64,000 nt of DNA from Phoronis australis (taxonomy: Eukaryota; Animalia; Phoronida): assembly GCA_002633005.1 (NCBI GenBank), contig NMRA01000791.1, forward strand, positions 1-64,000. Direction: 5' to 3'. Position numbers and translations under genes: made by a program. Of the stretch, positions 13,298 through 28,200 are shown piece by piece; within the stretch, counting starts at the first letter, position 1; every line of letters starts with the position of its first letter. The notes below the pieces were generated by a model, which was given only the letters and a program-made list of their open reading frames with translations, was not told where the DNA came from and made no database searches.

Positions 13298-16200
13298 GTA
13301 AGTACCCTAAGATTCTATGCGCACATTTTACATTAACGTCGTTGTTGATCGCTGAATGCAATGGTAGTTCAACACGCTCAGAGATTTGCAGCAATTTGTA
13401 AAATGCTAGGTTAGCAAGTCACTGATTCAGTGATTATCAGGACTGATGTTTTGTTCAGGACAAATAATGACGCAGTTGTAACGCCAATGTTCGCAGGTTA
13501 TGGATGCAAGCATTGTTACTATTAGTAGAGCTTTAGTTGCTTTTAAAGTTTCCCGTTTCTTGTGGTGTGGAGTCGCATAACCGCAGATGAATCTTTGGGC
13601 AACTGTTTGCCGACTTGCTTTTTTCGCATATACATTTCTGAATCTTCGACTCACTTTGTCACTGTCTTGTTTTTGCAGTTGTTTTGTTTCGTGATCTTGT
13701 GCGTCATACTTCTCTTTCAGACAAATAAGAGTATATCTGTTTAAGCAGTGAAATAGTGAACACAAAATACCTCAACTTTTACACAGGAAGTGAAATTGTA
13801 AATACAAACAGAGTGTCCCAAAAAGTAGACTTCAACTGACAATAACTGTGGATTTTAGGAACACGATTACTGGTTTGAATTCACACAGAGGTGACTGAAC
13901 TTGAAAAGCAATTTACTTTTACTGTTTTAAATTCGCTTTAAATTGTTGGAATACAAACATACTAGGGGAGATTTTGCGGGGTTTTACAAAGATTTAAATA
14001 TTTTCACCAAAACGTGTTTATTTTATCAATAAAAAGGTCTTGCGTCTGAATGCGATCACACTATAAATTTTAGGAAGAAGTGTGAGCGTCACCTGTGTTT
14101 CCCAGTGTGCGACCAACATAAACAAATGCTTTACGTCAAGACCTGCATTTAGCTCGTGTAGAGGTGAATGTCCTAACTCTCAAGAACGTAAACATTTACA
14201 CTCCACTAATGTCACGACCAGGTTGCGTAATTGACTGTTGAGCAACTGGTAGTGCGATCAGATACAAGGTCATCCGGGATTTCCCAGCAAGAGGATCCAG
14301 AAACTGAAATGGCGTGGAACTCAACAATCTTTCGGGTTCCTTGCGTAAACATCATTAACAGTTTTTTGATTTGTGAATCCCCCCTGAGCTCACAGATAAA
14401 ATATAAAACCTTAGAAATGTGCCTGTTCTTTTCACGTTCAGTTTCTACTCACTTGCTATAGTCACAATGGCACTGCCTTTGCTCTTGTACAACTTTCGTT
14501 CATTCGTTTTGTCTTTGTTTACTCTCTCACTCGCTCTAGCAGTTCTCCATCGCCCTCCTTATAACCAGTGCTGTAGTGGAGCGTAGGAGCACGTGGGCGC
14601 AGCCAACCACCTTTTGGCATTTGAACGTAGCGCCTACGCACCGCGTGTTACGTTCAGTGCTCAAGGTGATACGGTGGGTTTTGGGCACTTACTTACCTCT
14701 AATTTTACCACTACAGCACTGGCTATGACAAAAATTATTCAACACCGCTAATTAGAATTTTATTGACAATTCTGTCTGACAATTCTGTCTGTTTCATCCA
14801 TGCAGTATTAGCACGCACTACAGCGGCAGCCCTTCATTGGAATGGAATATAAAATCAGTAATTTATAAGTCATGAGACTGCACAATGCTGATAGCCTATT
14901 GCAGAGAGCGTTAACATGCATTGCCCTATATCAGAGTTATTGGTGAAAAGCGTTCCACGTTTCTTGTGGTTTGAAAACTGTCCCGTTCGTCCGGAAGACA
15001 GTATTTGAGCGCACAGCTCATTTTAAGTCAATAATGTTTATGGTGAAATTAATTTCGCCATCGGACTTGCCTAATTGTGACGATCAGGAGACCTCTGAGA
15101 TAGAACATGGATCCGCGTTCAGCGGTGAAAGAAGAATACAGCTCTTTATCCTGGTTTGCAATGGAACTTGCACTCTGTTGAGGAGAGTTTAGTTCACACT
15201 CGGTAAAAACACTGTAATTGTCCGTATTTACAATCCAGGGTAATCTTTCGAAGCTGGAGAAAACGATGGAATTNACCAAAACGTGTTTATTTTATCAATA
15301 AAAAGGTCTTGCGTCTGAATGCGATCACACTATAAATTTTAGGAAGAAGTGTGAGCGTGACCTGTGTTTCCCAGTGTGCGACCAACATAAACAAATGCTT
15401 TACGTCAAGACCTGCATTTAGCTCGTGTAGAGGTGAATGTCCTAATTCTCAAGAACGTAAACATTTACACTCCACTAATGTCACGACCAGGTTGCGTAAT
15501 TGACGGTTGAGCAACTGGTAGTGCGATTAGATACAACGTCGTCCAGGATTGCCAGCAAGAGGATCCAGAAACTGAAATGGCGTGGAACTCAACAATCTTT
15601 CGGCGTTCTTGCGTAAACATCATTAACAGTTTTTTGATATGTGAATCCCCCCTGAGCTCACAGATAAAATATAAAACCTTATAAATGTGCCTGTTCTTTT
15701 CACGTTCAGTTTCTACTCACTTGCTATAGTCACAATGGCACTGCCTTTGCTCTTGTACAACTTTCGTTCGTGGGCGTAGCCAACCACCTTTTGGCATTTG
15801 AACGTAGCGCCTACGCACCGCGTGTTACGTTCAGTGCTCAAGGTGATACGGTGGGTTTTGGACACTTACTTACCTCTAATTTTACCACTACAGCACTGGC
15901 TATGACAAAAATTATTCAACACCGCTAATTTCAATCACAAGGGACGGTGGTGTTGTCGAAAGGCGAAGGTAAAGAATGAGTATACGCACGCGCTTAGCGG
16001 CGTTCAAACTGAGGTCACAATTAGAATTTTATTGACAATTCTGTCTGACAATTCTGTCTGACAATTCTGTCTGTTTCATCCATGCAGTATTAGCACGCAC
16101 TACAGCGGCAGCCCTTCATTGGAATGGAATATAAAATCAGTAATTTATAAGTCATGAGACTGCACAATGCTGATAGCCTATTGCAGAGAGCGTTAACATG

Positions 16201-19200
16201 CATTGCCCTATATCAGAGTTATTGGTGAAAAGCGTTCCACGTTTCTTGTGGTTTGAAAACTGTCCCGTTCGTCCGGAAGACAGTATTTGAGCGCACAGCT
16301 CATTTTAAGTCAATAATGTTTATGGTGAAATTAATTTCGCCATCGGACTTGCCTAATTGTGACGATCAGGAGACCTCTGAGATAGAACATGGATCCGCGT
16401 TCAGCGGTGAAAGAAGAATACAGATCTTTATCCTGGTTTGCAATGGAACTTGCACTCTGTTGAGGAGAGTTTAGTTCACACTCGGTAAAAACACTGTAAT
16501 TGTCCGTATTTACAATCCAGGGTAATCTTTCGAACCTGGAGAAAACGTTGGAATTTAGACAAAATTATACGTTTTGCAGTTGTTATTTTGCATTGAGAGT
16601 GTGAAACGTGAACACGTTCTCTTTGGTATCAGATGTTGTTGCCTGATCAAACGTGGTAAACATGTAGCAGTGCAAAATTATAGAATTCCACCGATTCGAT
16701 TCGATCGTATAATGCCACGTAAAAAATAACATGTTTATTTTCTCCATCGGGGCCTAAAATAAGACGTCCATACATATGTTTATTTTTTATTTCAAATTTT
16801 TCTGTTTCCAGTCGTCAGTAAAAATCATTTGCTGCACGTGAAAGTACTCTCACGAAAAAACACCGTCTGAGAATGTTCCAAGTAATTACGACCAGGAACA
16901 TGTTTGCTTACAACAAGGGCTAATTTTCATGTGTATAACATGACGTTAGCCTATTTTGGTCTTTCAGCGGACGTAGACTCGTACGACAGGCCTCTCCGAG
17001 AGGCTATATGGCACAACTTTCGACAACGTCATATCATAAAAAATAAAAATGAAACGTGCTCCCTGCGCCAATTTCCGTAAGATCCTCGGACGTTACACAT
17101 TATTTTATCTGGCAAAATAGGTTGCCTTTCATTCACTTGAATTGTTACGAAGGAATGGATTCTGTACACCAATATGCGTTCGCAAACACATTGAGATAAA
17201 TATAAGAGCGGTTTGGAAGCCCCCTTAGACCATGCCGAGACCGCGGTCGTCAGTGAGTGTTTTGGACTGAGTGTACAAGTTAGCAGTCTGCTGTCACCGG
17301 GTAACCCAACCAACACTCCCGTACTGTTAATAACCTGTAATTTCCAGAGGTTCACCTAGTTACGATTTTTTTGTCATGCAATGTACTGGAGACAAAAGTT
17401 CAGGCTCACACAGCTGGTGCATTCATTGATGTAAAGCCGTAAACTTGTACTAGAGACGATCGACTGTATGTCTCCAACAGAAATGACGTCAATAACTTAG
17501 AAATGGAGGTTGTCACTCCCATATCCTTGGCCAAATGGGTGAACGTTGCGCACGTAAATTGCGTGCGTAATTTAATTCTTGTTAGTTTCGTAAATTGATC
17601 AATGTGGGCCTAAAATAACTTTAAGCAGCGTGAATCAATTATTTGTGGCGTAAATTAAATTTTAACGGCATAAATGAATTATTTGTGCCCCAAATTAACT
17701 TTTAATTGCGTAAATTAATTATTTACGATGCGTTTAACCATTTGGCCAACGATAAATTTACGCGTAAAAATTACCTGAAACACTGTTGTTGTGTGCTGCT
17801 TCTCCAAGTGCTGTCATCAGCCAGAATGCATCCTCATCGATAATTTCGACCCCTAATCTAGAATCATCTCGGATGCCGGGTCCCCGAAGTTGATCAGGCT
17901 TCGGTCATCACTTGGAGTGCCACCTGTTGTCTCGCTGTAACCATAACCACGACGACGCCTCTTCAGCAGATCTCGTCACTGACTGCACCAAATTCTTCCT
18001 CGACACTGTGCTGATACCTAGGAACTTCATCAACCTCCACATGCTGCTCCCGATGAAACCTCTGCATCCTACTTCGACTGGCATACAAAAACACTTCCAA
18101 CCAGCTACTGAACAATNNNNNNNNNNNNNNNNNNNNNNNNNNNNNNNNNNNNNNNNNNNNNNNNNNNNNNNNNNNNNNNNNNNNNNNNNNNNNNNNNNNN
18201 NCGCAGGATAAAACTTAATCTGTACTGGTCACATGAAATCAGGTCGTTCGCTGTAATGCGCCTACTGTGAACCCCCTCCCATGCTGTCCAGGTGCCCTGC
18301 TTTCTCAAACCAACAGCATGAGAAAAGCGCTTCTCCTCTTCCTGATGACGTACTTCTTCTAACACCATAGAACGACGCTCTTTCCCTCTAGTTGTCTTCC
18401 ACCTCTTAAACGGTTTCATGCCAAGGCCTTCACGTCCTCTAGAAACTGCCCCTACTAAATCTTTATGGTTAAGCCTGCTCTCTGCTGATGCTGCTTCCTC
18501 CTCTGGACTCCACTTCCTTCCCGCAAAAACGTCAATCTTTACACCACTGATGTCATCATCTTTCGAGTCCCTCAGAGTCAGCAAAGTCCTGCACTTAACG
18601 ACTTTAAACTCTTCCACAATAGATCGTGTAGGTAGGTTTACTGCTGAAGACCTCATGTACAGACCCAACCTGGTGAAACTTGGCGGGATGCCTAACCACT
18701 TGCGCAACCAGCGGCTAACCAAGCGCTCCACCCTCTCCGCTGCTGTAATAGGTAGATCGTACACTGTCAAAGGCCACATGACCTTTGGGAATAGACCAAA
18801 CTGGTAACACCACACCTTAAAGCGGCCAGGTAGTCCACACTTATCGATCTTCTGAAGATTTTCCCGTAAACTTTTCAGCGCTGCTTTTACATGGTCTCCA
18901 TCCTTCAATGTACTGTCATACTCTTTCCCCAGATACTTCACTGACTTATCAGACACCGAAGGTATCACATCTTCATCCACCGTCAACTAATTAAGTTACG
19001 CCTTTAGACGTTAATCAACGCTGCAAATAATTACATTATGTCGCATACAATTAATTTATGTCGGTAATAATTATCCTTTTACGTTATAAGAGCTACTAAC
19101 ATGTAATTTTCGCAAATATAATTAATTTACAGCGTTGAATAATTAATTTTCTCCACTAATAAGGATTTATTGAAGAACATAATTTTCGTGTTTGTATCGT

Positions 19201-22200
19201 TTGCCAAAATATGGGTGAACGTTACGCCCCTTTACACCTCAAATAATTACTATACGCTTATAACAAGAATCAACTAATGCACGTACTCTGTTACTGAAGT
19301 ATTTGTTGATTTGCTTATTTACACAAGAGGGAACAAATACCGCCGCAATACCCGCTGGTTATGTTCTTGCATACATTTTCAAACGTGTTAGCCTTAATAT
19401 GAATTTTGTTATTGGCTTTTAAAGAATGATTATAGGGTGTGACAGAAAAACTGCACATGAACACGGCAGGGAATGGGGAATTGAGGACTCTTCCTACCCA
19501 ACGTTGGGACAAAACATGTTGTTAATTTCAGCTGTCCATTAGTATTTTAAAATTAGCATTATTTTAATTGCTTTCAGCGACGTTTATGAAACGATTTAAA
19601 AAATCATTGATTCAACACAAATCAAACAAAGTGCCTTAAGTTACATGTACATAGGCGGGTTTAGGGGAATTGGGGCTGGATAAGGCATGGGAGCAGACGC
19701 AAAATTCTTGCAGAACTGATTAACTTCCGACCAAAGGGGGACGTCATTTTGCTGCTAGAATCGCTAATAACATGGGGCGTTCCTATCGCCATCTTCCTCC
19801 GTATTTTCTTTGTGCTGAGTTTGTTTGTCGTTAGTTTCTCGTATATCACCGATTGGGATGTCAATGGTATTTGTTGTGAATTTTTTTGTTTAATTCATGA
19901 AGACTTCTTACAAGTATTCAGCCCGCATATTTAATATATGTTTTCTTTAATACTGATTTACACTAAAAAGGACGGATTCACCCCCGTGTTTCCGGCATTG
20001 GCCGCAAAACAACATATACATAAATAGCATTTTTAGTCAACTTTAATGAATTCTTGTGCAAAGAGGTACTTGACTTAGATGTTAATTGTCCAACGATTTG
20101 TTCTTTCAAACGTTGTCTTTTTAAGGCATCAAAAGTGAGTGAGCTATAGTTCAATGAAGTCTAGGTGCCTCGTTTTGACAGGAGAGTATTTTTGCATTCT
20201 CCAAACTATGCTAATATTTTACAGTGGGAACTAAACAACAATTTGAACATCATCTACGCTAAACAAAGAACAGTTGTATTCATTCACAACTTGTAAGTGT
20301 GAAAACAAAACATTCTGCAAATAGGTGACATTTGCACTAATGACGTACCTTGGAAGCTCACATAACCGGCATCATTCAGTGTTATTCCCCAACACCACGT
20401 CACGATACATACTGCTGGACACGGTTGAGGGATTTACGGTATACCATTTTCGACACAAAACTTGTTCTTAAAAATATTTGGCAATTTTCAGCCTACTTCA
20501 TATTCACATCTTCGCTATGTGGTGTGTTTCCAACTAATTTGGTAGAGCAATCACTAAAATAAGGAATTAGCGCGTAAGTTCCACTGTAAATCTTCCTACA
20601 ATGGATTCTTGACCTTTTTGAGATTTTAAACCGTGTATAATAATTTCATAATACAAAGTCTAACTGAACATGCATTTATTTTGGGAAATAATTGAGTAAT
20701 TTTGAATTTTAAAGAAAAAAATTAAGGTTTTTTGTTTTCCCGGTTCGTGATGTCATTAGCCGCAGAACGTTGACAGTATCTATGCAACGGCGGATAATAG
20801 TGATTTTTTAAGTTACGAAGACTCAGAGAGCGAGCTTGGCGAGTATGGTGAAGACAGGGAGATAGAGGTGAAGACGACACTCAGACCATAGGTGAAACAT
20901 ATCGGTAGACTTTGCGTGTTTGAGGCCGTACGAACTCGACCCTCCCGTCTTCGGCGAGTGAAGCCGAGTCGGAACCTACTCAGTCTGCGGACAGTCCTGA
21001 TTTTAGAGTGTTAATTAAACCCTTTTAATGAGTCACGATTTAATTTTCTAACCGTTTGATTGTCGAGTAATATGTGTCTCGAACTGTAACTCTAACCGTA
21101 GATTTTACCCTAACTGTCAAAGCCCAACCGTGTGTAGCGGACTCTGACTTCATTTCTTCGAATGCCGAGTGCGTTTGTTAGGAACGATCATATCGTATTA
21201 TAATGATGCTCAATGGATTTTTTTCTGCTAAATCATACTCCTTCTTGTCTTTTCTGTTCCAAAACCAGCCTTTTACTGTGCTGATTCGTTGATGATTTCG
21301 GTCCAATGTAAGATTCCAGCCTCTGTGTCGGTTGTAGTGTGACCTCAAACTATTTGCGTGGCATTTACATAACATTTTTTCCATTGGGCATCGACGTGTA
21401 TGTAGAAAGCATGCATTCCCACATAATCTTGAACAAGAATAGATTGGTGTAAACTTTCTGCAATCACATTCATTATCTCAGTCACAATTTGATGCTGAGG
21501 CTCGTATTCGATACGCGTTTAACAACAAGGTTCCCAGCAATGGTAGAACACAAATCACTTAATCAAATGCACTACCATGTTGGAGAAACCGTCACGAAAT
21601 CTCTGTTTCTGCGACGGATCGAAGCACGATTATTCAGAATGGGCCGAACACAGTGTAGCCTCTGAATTGAACGCCTATTCCAGACCATGTACTGTCATAG
21701 CCGTGTCCGATGTACAACATTGTGACATTTATGGGCGATTTTAAGGTCATTTGAAAAGCAAAAAACTGAAGTATTTTCTGTCCGATTTCTATTGCACTGC
21801 ATCCTCCGCACTTGCAAATTTTCATAATACGCAGTCAAACTCGCTTTGGCAAGATAACTACGGCTCGCGACCGGTGTAGAACAACACAATGGCGGAACCC
21901 GGATCCACTGGTTACGTCACAAAAATGATTGTTTTTTAAATTTCTTTTCACTGTTTCTTGATTAAAAGTACTACACAAATTGAAGAAGAAATACATGTAC
22001 TTAAACAGTCGTGCCAAAATTGTTGGTTCAAGTATTTATGACCATGATATGAAGGGTTTAAGGAATAACGACATCACCAGCTGCAGTAGGATCCTTACTG
22101 ATGCTAATCACTTTTCATGTTCAAGCTAAATGACGGTGGGGAATTCATTCTCTACGAGCAAATCTTCAAGAACTTCATTCGCAGGAGCTACCGTGTGTAC

Positions 22201-25200
22201 AAACGAGGAATCTATGCTTCGCCGCCTATGTTTGACTTGGCGATTCCTTCCGAGAGTGAGATGGGTTACGGTCACGTGACGTACGGAGAAGGCGGTGATC
22301 CAGCGGAAAGAGACAACTCGACATACACGTATCGTGGAGAACATGACCGAAAGAAGCGGGGAATAAGAGTTCCTAAATATCTCTGGACAGGGGCTAGGAT
22401 TCCTTACACCTTCAGGCCATGTGAGTGATTTCGATTCTCTTTTCTCAATGTGTCCATGTGTCAGATAAAAAAGAAATTTAGAAAAATCGACATAGTCTAA
22501 CCCTTTTGCTATTTGTGTTTGAACAACAATTAAGTTTTCTTATACTGTTCCGCCGAATTTTCAATAAATCAATTGCTTGATACAAAACTTAAAGTCCTTC
22601 TCTCACGCGTTGTTAACCCTTATTACATGGTTAGAAGATGTTATAAGGATCCAAGAAGTACCTACCCCATAACTAATACACGATCCGTACTCGAAAACAG
22701 TTTAAATGAACGCACCACTCACGATTCGCACCCGAAGAAACACCGCCATTTTGAACTTGCCGCGAACCCGGAAGTACAATTCATTCAGGAACCCAGGCCG
22801 AGAAAACGCCGTCAGTGCGACTGGAGCAGTGCCTGTACTGTTACCAGCCAGCAAACGGGGATAAAAAAANNNNNNNNNNNNNNNNNNNNNNNNNNNNNNN
22901 NNNNNNNNNNNNNNNNNNNNNNNNNNNNNNNNNNNNNNNNNNNNNNNNNNNNNNNNNNNNNNNNNNNNNNNNNNNNNNNNNNNNNNNNNNNNNNNNNNNN
23001 NNNNNNNNNNNNNNNNNNNNNNNNNNNNNNNNNNNNNNNNNNNNNNNNNNNNNNNNNNNNNNNNNNNNNNNNNNNNNNNNNNNNNNNNNNNNNNNNNNNN
23101 NNNNNNNNNNNNNNNNNNNNNNNNNNNNNNNNNNNNNNNNNNNNNNNNNNNNNNNNNNNNNNNNNNNNNNNNNNNNNNNNNNNNNNNNNNNNNNNNNNNN
23201 NNNNNNAAAAAAATCAACTACCACTAACTACAAACTATAAATACACTACATATGCAAACGAATCACGATATATTACTAATAAAACAAAAATAATGAAGAC
23301 TTTTCGAGCAAGCCATAGCACATTCAGTTACAAGGAAAAAATGGCGGCGTTCAGGACAAGTTCCTGAACTGATGAGCCGGAAATGTGGGTACGGAAATAA
23401 CCGATGACAACCGGTAATCATACGCTCAGAGAGAAGGGTCAAATACTGTTCAAAAATCGCTTTTGGCAAGAAAGGCGAAAAGAATATAAAGAAAGGGTGT
23501 CGAAAATAAGAATTTATGTAGTAAGTATTTTCGGATACTGGAACCACATGGGCAGTTTGCAAGAAGGACTTTAAATCTATACTTTTGAAACTGAAATAAT
23601 GAGGCATAAAAATGCACTAAGTTGAATAGAAGTTCACGTATTCATCTCCAAATATCCTTCAACCCTCATTTGCAGCTTTTTCATAAAAATTCTTCAATGT
23701 CGTTACGATAAACGCTTTTCTTTTGCGTTGTTTTTTTGCAAAGATCAGCTAAGCTAATAACCCTCGACTTCCCCGGCTGTTTAAAATTAGATACTCGATC
23801 CGTTTCACGTCACTTTTGTACAAGTCCCGCTGTAGTCAAGAGGCCCTAATGTGGGAGTATGCAATTGACCTATCGCCAGGATTACGACTGACAGCTTAAC
23901 TGACCAATCAGAATGCAACAATCTTGACACAACTTCGTCTGCGTTTCCAAGCCGCCAAACAATACGTTGTCGTGTAAAATTTATTTTAGTCTATAGCTCA
24001 AGAAATTGCGTGATAAGAATGATGATACGGTGTTGATATGGCGTGTGTAATTCTGACAGCCGATATGCAGATCGAGAAGAATATCCCGTCATTTTTGGGC
24101 ATATCCTAAGCCGAAAAGTGATTTTGAAATTTTTAAACTATGTATCAAACTCTGCGAACGGTCATGTACTGACACGAGCGGCTGAACTTAGCAATGTTGC
24201 TTCATTACTCGAAGGTTAAATATAAATGGATTTGTTCCAAGATACACACTTTTCAGTTTGGTAGCTACAGTGTAGGCTTACATGTACATGTATCTGATTT
24301 TGACTGCGGAGTTTCACTCGTCTGGGCGCCTTCGTCTCAGCAACTGCTGGATCTCAACGCTATAGTCTAGCGATAGTTCTGGAAATTGTTTTTATATTTT
24401 TATTATTTTTCAGTTATTTCGACCCATGTACATCGTTTTGGTTAATAGCAGAGGTACATTTTTGCCATTAATATAGCCGTAAGCTGTTGTTTAACAGAAC
24501 TTTTTTTCCAAAATTGAGATATTCCATCGGCAGAGAGAGGGGCACTGGATTCCTGAACTCAAAGCCTTGTTCGAGATGTTGTCACGAAAAAATAAACACT
24601 TGAATTACTTTTTGATGAGAACCTATAGTATACACATCGCCTGAAGACTTACAGAGAGCTCATTTTGAAGATCAAGATGTTAAAACATGATATTTAGATT
24701 TATGAAGCTTTAAAGAAAGAATTATTTTTGTAAATAGCCATTTTTGCCACTATACCAAACTTGTCATTTTTTGTAACCATATGAGTAAAAATAACTGCAA
24801 ACTACCTTTATGCCGTGAAACTACAAAAACATGTGAAGTTTGTCAGAAGGTAAGTCTAACTTAAATGCCTTAATATTGCAATTACGTGCATTAATTTGAC
24901 TTGGACAGCCCTACACCTACCCGGAGTTAAATGCTTGCCTTGGACAAGATGAGTGAGTACTTGAGCTATAAACCTGATTTTTTAAATCGAAATATTTCGT
25001 TCGAATGTGAGAAAAGCGTACACAGTGATATGTACCCTACCTAGCTTACTCGAGAGTCCCACGGGCAGTTGTGATCTACTTTTCATTCGGCGGATTTTAG
25101 CAGACGGCAGAATAAAAATATCAGTGAATCTTTACTGGTTTTGTTCGAAAGATCCTAAAATCTATAGCATCGTAAAAATAATTCGACTTTAAGGTAAATA

Positions 25201-28200
25201 ACCAGCTTTACATGAAAATATTGCATTAATGGCCTTGTCATTTGTCAGGTGAAGGTGAACCCCGTGTGGGGTTCTTTGGATTCTCGCTGGCTCGAAATAC
25301 TTTTCCTCGAATACTTATTTTTTCAATGTCACATTTGCGAATTCCTACATCATAAACGTACGCTTGTTTCGTGAAGAGCATCGCCTGTTGTCTTTGTCGA
25401 AGCGTTTTCGGATAATGCAAAAAAACACTCATCGATTCCACCAGGAACGTCGTTTAGCGACAGTGTATTTGCCTCTGACACCTTGTTTGTTTGTCGGGTG
25501 TCACGTGACTATTCGCAAGGCAGTTAATTACAATTTCCGTCACCTCACAGGATTTTGAGTTAGGAGGGAAGGGGGTAGAACAGAGTATTAGCCAGGATTT
25601 TTCCCGTCATATATTCGCACCCCCGAACTGCCAAATGTCATATGGGAGAATTTTAGAGAGGGGCATGGCCCCCTTAGCCCCTCCCCTAAATCTGCCACTG
25701 GCTCAGATAGGTAGCCGGTCTACTCACCAGCTTATCCCCATCGCCGGTTGCGCCTGGCCAACTTATCCCGATAAGACCTCCAAAGTTCCCATTCACAGAA
25801 GCAAAATTTTACAAAAACAATCGATTTGGTTTAAATAAGAATTTCCCAGAAGTCTCATGGCATACCAATGAGTCCTCGTTTCCAGGGTTTCTCTTCACCC
25901 TGCACTGAATAAACACGGCCACACAACCGCCCCAGTCGAAACGCGGTCTGGTCCTTTTGCAGGTTGAAAATTGCATCTGAAAAGTGTGGGTGTCTGAACA
26001 CATCTGCGGTCACTAAAAACACAAAAAGCACAAAGTAGTCAGGCGGGTTTGGCACTATCTTATAGGCACCACTGCATTGTCGCAGAACGTTGACGTCATC
26101 GCTTTCTGTCCCCACATTCCTCACAGGTTAACGCGACACCTCTCGGCCCCGTGTGGTGGATAGAGCAAGAGGTGATTCGTACACAGACTAATTAAAATGA
26201 AATGAAAAAAACGGAATGAAATCGGTTAGCACATAACTTTAAGAATGATATCTACTTTTGTTTTTAGTTGGTATACATACGATGCATATAATTCTAGCTT
26301 TGGTACATGTGCGTGTATATACAATGGCCGCAGTTTTCATTTTAAATAGTGTAGACCTGGTTGAAATATTCAAGACCCAATCCTCCTGATGTTACATATC
26401 AGCTGTGTTCCGCGATTCTCGAACACTCTAGACGTTAATCATTTGATTCATAAATATACCATTGATACAAATATCGTACTGTATTACAGATAAATTCACA
26501 TCGGATCAGAAGGCAAAGGTCCTTGCAGGCATTTCAAAGTTGAGACAGACAACATGTTTAAATTCCATTCACTATCAGTCTAGCATCCCGAGTGAACCCT
26601 TTTTGAAGTTTACAAGAGGAGGAGGTGGGTAAGTAGCGAACGACCACAAGAATCATGTTAAACATGCGATTATTTTTGATACTTTCGATTTGTTCAAATC
26701 CATTTTCAAATATCATCTCTGACAAACTAGAGGTGATACGTGGCTCATCTACAATAAAAGAATATTTTTAAAATTCTGTAATGACGGATTCGCCCAAACT
26801 AAATTCTGTCACCTGTTATTATCATGACTTCAAATACATATAAATCCGTTGAGAGATAAAGACGGTTGTTGTCTCCCAACAACCGTCAACTTCGCCCAAA
26901 GTGCTGGTGACGCGTGCTGATTTAGCAGAATTTAGGATTATGCATGTAATACTGCATTGAGTAAACAAATCTTTCTAATGACTTAGAAAGGACAGGCTGA
27001 TTAACTACATGGTATTGGCCTGTAGTTTACACAGTTTGTTTTGCCAGACTCTTTAACGATTGGGGTACACACAGCACTTTTTGAAATGGGTCAACTGATG
27101 AGTTCACTTTCTGATTTGAAGTGGCTATGAAACTCCAGTATAATAAACGAAGGTCTGATACAGAACATTTACCGCTATAAAGTTGGTCTCAACTTACGCA
27201 CGTGAGAAAAGATTTCTAGGTTTGCAATTTGTTATTCTTCGCTTGACAGATAAAATGACACGCCGTTTCAAGCCAACTTGTTTAACCTGAAATCAAGCAA
27301 TAATGAGCGGTGAGAGTGCTTTGAGTCCGTGAAGTCGTCTTCCTTTTGACTATGGAGCAATGGGTGTACTTTCAGAGAGTAATCCGAGTGTTACACTGCC
27401 AACAATTGACCTATTGCCAGGTTTATGACTAACGTACGGCTCAATTGACCAATATCAGAACGCATCATTCTTGACACACCTGCGTTTCGAAGCCGACATT
27501 TTGCGCGACAAACAACACGTTGTCGGTTAAGCGTATTTTACTCTGTAGCCCAAACATTGACTGTGAAACAGTTTTGATATGGCATGTGTAATTCTGACAG
27601 CCGTTATAGAGCTCGAGAAGAATATTTCGACCGTCACTTTTTGAGCATTCCCTAAGCCGAAAAGAGATGTCGACTGTGTAAATGATGGATCAAACTGTGG
27701 ACAACCACAGAAGGAATGTTGTTGGGCTGCTCGAAGGTTGAATACAAATAGACTTGTTCCAATATACGTACGTTTCAGTTTGCTGGCAATAGTGTAGGCA
27801 TATCTGATTTTGATTCCGGAGTTTCACTCGTCTGAGCGCCTTTGTCTCGGCATCTGCTGGATCCCAACACTAGTCTAGCGGCGGTCACCGGAAATGGTTG
27901 TTGTTAAGCACATTTTCATTATTTTTCATTCATTTTTACAGACTGTACCTATAATGGACAACGTTCTGTTTCAAAGCACAAGTACATTTTTCGTTATTCG
28001 TGTACCCGTAGGCTGGCGTTCAACTGAACTTCTCACCAAAATAGACAGATTCGATCGGCACATGAGGGGAGGGGCACTAGATTACTGAGCTCAAAGCCTC
28101 GTTCGAGTTGTTGTCACGAAAAAAAAAACAGTTGAATCACTTTTTTATGGGAATCCTTAGTATACGCCACGCCTGTAGAGGTAGGGAGAGCTCATTTTGT

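Noticed and set aside
16967-17076. Possible extra prodomain exon (ttcag|CGGACG...TTTCC|gtaag)
   Set aside because: Its open frame does not fit the phase-0 donor at 13297 or the phase-0 acceptor at 22126; in phase 0 it hits TAG at the third codon.
22573-23367. Long ORFs spanning the N gap
   Set aside because: Their length comes from N runs, and the flanking peptides show no recognisable motif.
27090-27165. Hammerhead-like CTGATGAG...GAAAC...GTC
   Set aside because: Stems I and III do not pair convincingly, and extra bases precede GAAA.
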